A stretch of 32,780 nt of DNA from Fonticula alba ATCC 38817. Taxonomy: Eukaryota > Protista > Nucleariida. The notes beneath the pieces were generated by a model. It was not told the DNA's origin. It saw only the letters and a list, made by a program, of their open reading frames with translations, and ran no database searches. Each line of letters starts with the position of its first letter. The first letter of the stretch is position 1. Shown piece by piece: positions 24,747-32,780 of this stretch. The stretch lies in the NCBI GenBank assembly GCA_000388065.2, contig KB932208.1; one strand, given 5' to 3'. Made by a program: the position numbers and the translations under genes.

Positions 24747-26140
24747 CCTCGCGGGAGGCCCATCGTGTGCATGCTGGTTGTCCCCGACAGCCCGCTCGCC
24801 CCCCCCCCCCCCCCCCCCNNNNNNNNNNNNNNNNNNNNNNNNNNNNNNNNNNNNNNNNNNNNNNNNNNNNNNNNNNNNNNNNNNNNNNNNNNNNNNNNNN
24901 NNNNNNNNNNNNNNNNNNNNNNNCCCCCCCCCCCCACCTCCGAAGGCCAAATGCAGACCCCCTCGCCTGTGCGCCGGGATGGAGAGGCCAATTGGCGTTA
25001 CCTCGTCGCTGTCGCCGCCCCGACCTCGGGGCCCCGGGGGAGGGTGTACGTTTTTATTTATTTACCTCTGCCCGTCGGAGTCGTTCCGGTCGCACCCCCT
25101 CCCCCGCCCGGCCGCCCCGTTCCCCCACCCCCCCCCGGCCCGAACTCCGCCGCCCGTGACGCGAGATGTGGGCCCGCCTACACGCGATACTCCCCGTTCC
25201 CCCCCCCCCCCCCGGAGCCGGCGTCTTCCCCCGGCCCTGGGCCGGCATCCCAGGCCCCGACGGCTCTGGACCCGCTCGGCAGATGGTGCCTAGGGTGGGG
25301 CGACGCGGGCCACGTCTCCCGGGGGGGGGGGGGGGGAGCGGGCGGCGAGACGGCCGGGCGTGTCGGCGTACTGGCGCTCGGGCGGGGGAGGGCCGCAGGA
25401 ACGCAAGAACAGCAGCGGAGCGACCCAGGAGTGGGGGCACACACACACACACACATACACACACACGCGCGTGCGCAAGGGGGCCTCCCCCAGCCGGCGA
25501 GGCCTCGCTTGCCCCCCTCCCCCTTTCGTGCGCTTCTCCGACGTCCCGCGAGTCCCCGGTTGCCCTGGGGTCGACGATTTCCCGCCAATAACCGGCCGCC
25601 TCCGGCCCCCAAGCCCAAGCAGGACAGGGGGTCAGACGCATGCCCACGGCACGGCGGCCGGGGCGAGGGGGCGGGGGAGCCCTTTCATGCCCACTGCCGC
25701 CCCCTGTCCCTCGGCCCCGGTCCTCCGGCTCTCGGCCTGTCCCGTCCCCCGCCCCCCACACAACCGCACCGCGGGACGGCATTTTCGGCAAGCGCACCCA
25801 GACCCATGGCTGAGCCCGCCCCCAGCCAGACACCGGACTCCCCCCCCCTCCCATTCCTGCCCCCCTCCTCCCCCTCCTGTTCCCCGAGAGTCCCCTTCTC
25901 CCCCTGCCTCTCTGTCTCCCCCTCCCCTCCCCCCCCCCTGCCGGCGCCCTTGCTTCCTCATCCAACCCGCCCCCCCCCCTGCCTGGAGTAGATCTTGGCT
26001 CCTGGCCCCTCGTCCCCGCGACCGGATCCCTAGTACGGGGTGTCTCCACGGCCGACCGTCCTAGGATCGCCCCCGATCTGACCTCCGCACGCGCGCACGC
26101 ACGCACGCACGCGCGCGCATCCTCCCCGCCTCCCCCGGCG

Positions 26141-31014
<4,874 letters not shown>

Positions 31015-31248
31015 GGCGATGCCTCGGAGCCGGGGGTGCCCTCCGCGGGGCCTCTTCGCGGAATGCACGCCTCCTGTCCTTCTTTCTTGCCCCTTTCTGC
31101 CCTTGCATTTCACCGGCCCACACCCCCGGCGGGTCGTCCGCCAGCCGGCCTTTTCCCCCATGCTGAGACATGCTATATTACAAGGGGGGAGGGGGAGACA
31201 GAGAGAGAGAGAGAGGGGGGGGAAGCAAGGACAGGGTGGTTGGGCGCC

Positions 31249-32780
31249 TCACAGGAGCGACGACTCCGGGTGCGTGGCGGCGCTGCTCAGGGCCGGCATG
31301 GGCGGCGTCGAGCCCGGGGACGGCTCGGCCCGGGGGAGTGGCGAGGCCGGCTCAGCCAGGTGCCGGGGGATGGCCGATGCGCTGCGCCAGGCATGTCGCC
31401 CGGGGAGGCTGTACGTGAGCCGCGGCTCGGCCGGGAGGACCAGGCCCGAAGTCGAGGCCGATGTGGCACCGGCGTCGGCCCCGGCCAGGCTGGCCGAGGC
31501 ACTTGGCGAATAATCGCTGCTGAAGCCCTCGTTCGACAGGGAGAAGAGGTCTGACAGGTCGGAGGCACTGCCGAAGGAGGGCTGCATGGCCAGGGCCGGG
31601 GCCGACATGCGCCGAGCGACGGGGATCCGCATGGGCGGGTCGCCCAGAGCCGGGGAGCTGGCGCTGGACACCTGGTTGCTGGCGAACTGGGCCCGGGCGT
31701 TGGCCAGGGCCCGGGGGTCGCGCAGGAGGAGCGCCGCGTCGGTGGCCTTGCGGGAAACTGGGCCGGGATGTCAGCGCCAAGTGCAGGTGCGCACACATGC
31801 ATGAACAAGCATGGAGTGGGGAACAGGGGAACAGGGGAACAGGGGAGGGGGGGGGGGGCAAGGCACGCGCGCATGTGCAGAGAGCCGCAAATGCAGGGCG
31901 GCCGGAGAAAAGAAGAGGAAAGATGCACGCGCGGCGGGGCCCGCGGCATGGGATGCGAAGCAGGAGGGCAAGAGAGTGGCACACGCACTGATGGCCCCAT
32001 GGTCGACATGGTCCGCATCGACATAGACAAACCACCGGCATGCGTCGATCCCGGCGAAGGACTCCTCCCGCAGGAGGGACACAAACCCCGGGGACCCGGC
32101 CCGGAGGAGGTACTCCACCAGGAGCATGGTTTTGTAAGTCTGCCGAGAGAGCCGGGCCAGGGCGGCCCCGGCCGAGGGGGAAGCACCGGGCGAGGGGCCC
32201 ACCGAGCCGGGCCCGGGCGAAAGCATCGGCGGGGTGTCGGCCGTGGCGTTTACCGGGGTCGGGGCCCTCAGGGAGGGAGATGACCGGGAGGTAGGCCCGG
32301 CCGCATGGACGGCGGCCAGAGGGAGCGGCTCGGCCGGGGTCAGTGGCCGTGGGAAAGCCCTCCCAGGCGAGGGGGTTCGTCCGGGGGAGGGCGGCGCATG
32401 GGCGTCGGACTGCGACCGCAGCCGTGTCTGAAGGTGTGGCGCCGAGGCCAGCGACATCGGGGCGCCGGACCCGGGCAGCGAGCTGGCCATGGCGTGGGAG
32501 CCTTCGAAGGACCCGGGCGCCAGCCCGGTGAAGGAAACCGAGTGCTTCCGAGAAATCAAGATGGGGGATGACCGGGTGGCGAAGGGCGACGGCGGCCCGG
32601 AGGCCAGATGGGGTGATGTGGCCCGGGTGTCGGCCGCCAGTGCGGCCGATGCCCCGGGAGCCGGGCTGGCCGTCGGCCGGGGGGCGCCGATGGCCGGCAG
32701 CAAGCGGTCCACCTCCAGGCGCCGGGAGATGATGGCCACGATCTCGATGCATTCCTTCCTGCGAGGGCGCGGCGGGGCCG
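31249..32780 (-). CDS. ENTH-domain (epsin family) protein, 5'-truncated; visible exons 32758-31989 and 31757-31249
   Basis: KECIEIVAIISRRLE..QTYKTMLLVEYLLRAGSPGFV..FVYVDADHVDHGAI|ISRKATDAALLLRDPRALANARAQ follows the ENTH helices (EIM..IWKRL..VYK.L.LL.YL...GS..F.Y.D..G.D.G..VR.KA..L..LL.D..L..ER). Minus-strand intron 31988-31758 is GTGCGT..CTGAC..CAG. An upstream acceptor AG lies at 32760-32759. Confidence 0.8.

Overview
This is a very GC-rich, intron-containing eukaryotic draft-assembly window with nine N-gaps. It probably comes from a unicellular opisthokont; the style recalls Fonticula, but that is an unverified guess. By joining the ORF track across splice sites I could build seven protein-coding genes. 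On the + strand: (1) the 3' end of an unidentified gene, (2) a JMJD7-type JmjC oxygenase, (3) a SERCA-type P2A Ca2+-ATPase, (4) an importin-13/transportin-SR family karyopherin, (5) a Nop13-like two-RRM nucleolar protein with an extra unknown N-terminal domain, and (6) a polyQ-rich bHLH factor with the SREBP-type Tyr basic region. On the - strand, convergent with gene 6, is (7) a 5'-truncated ENTH-domain protein whose ENTH fold carries a ~180-aa insertion. I found no rRNA, tRNA, CRISPR array or transposase. Most long ORFs in the track are GC-rich shadows. I did not find one clear-cut new multi-gene system. The best leads are a recurring 3'-end motif (a variant AATAAA followed by TAGAT), strong dominance of GTGCGY splice donors, a candidate GC-AG intron holding a ~250-nt poly-C tract, and three unusual protein architectures (genes 5, 6 and 7). 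All coordinates were counted by hand, and family calls come from recognised motifs, not database searches.
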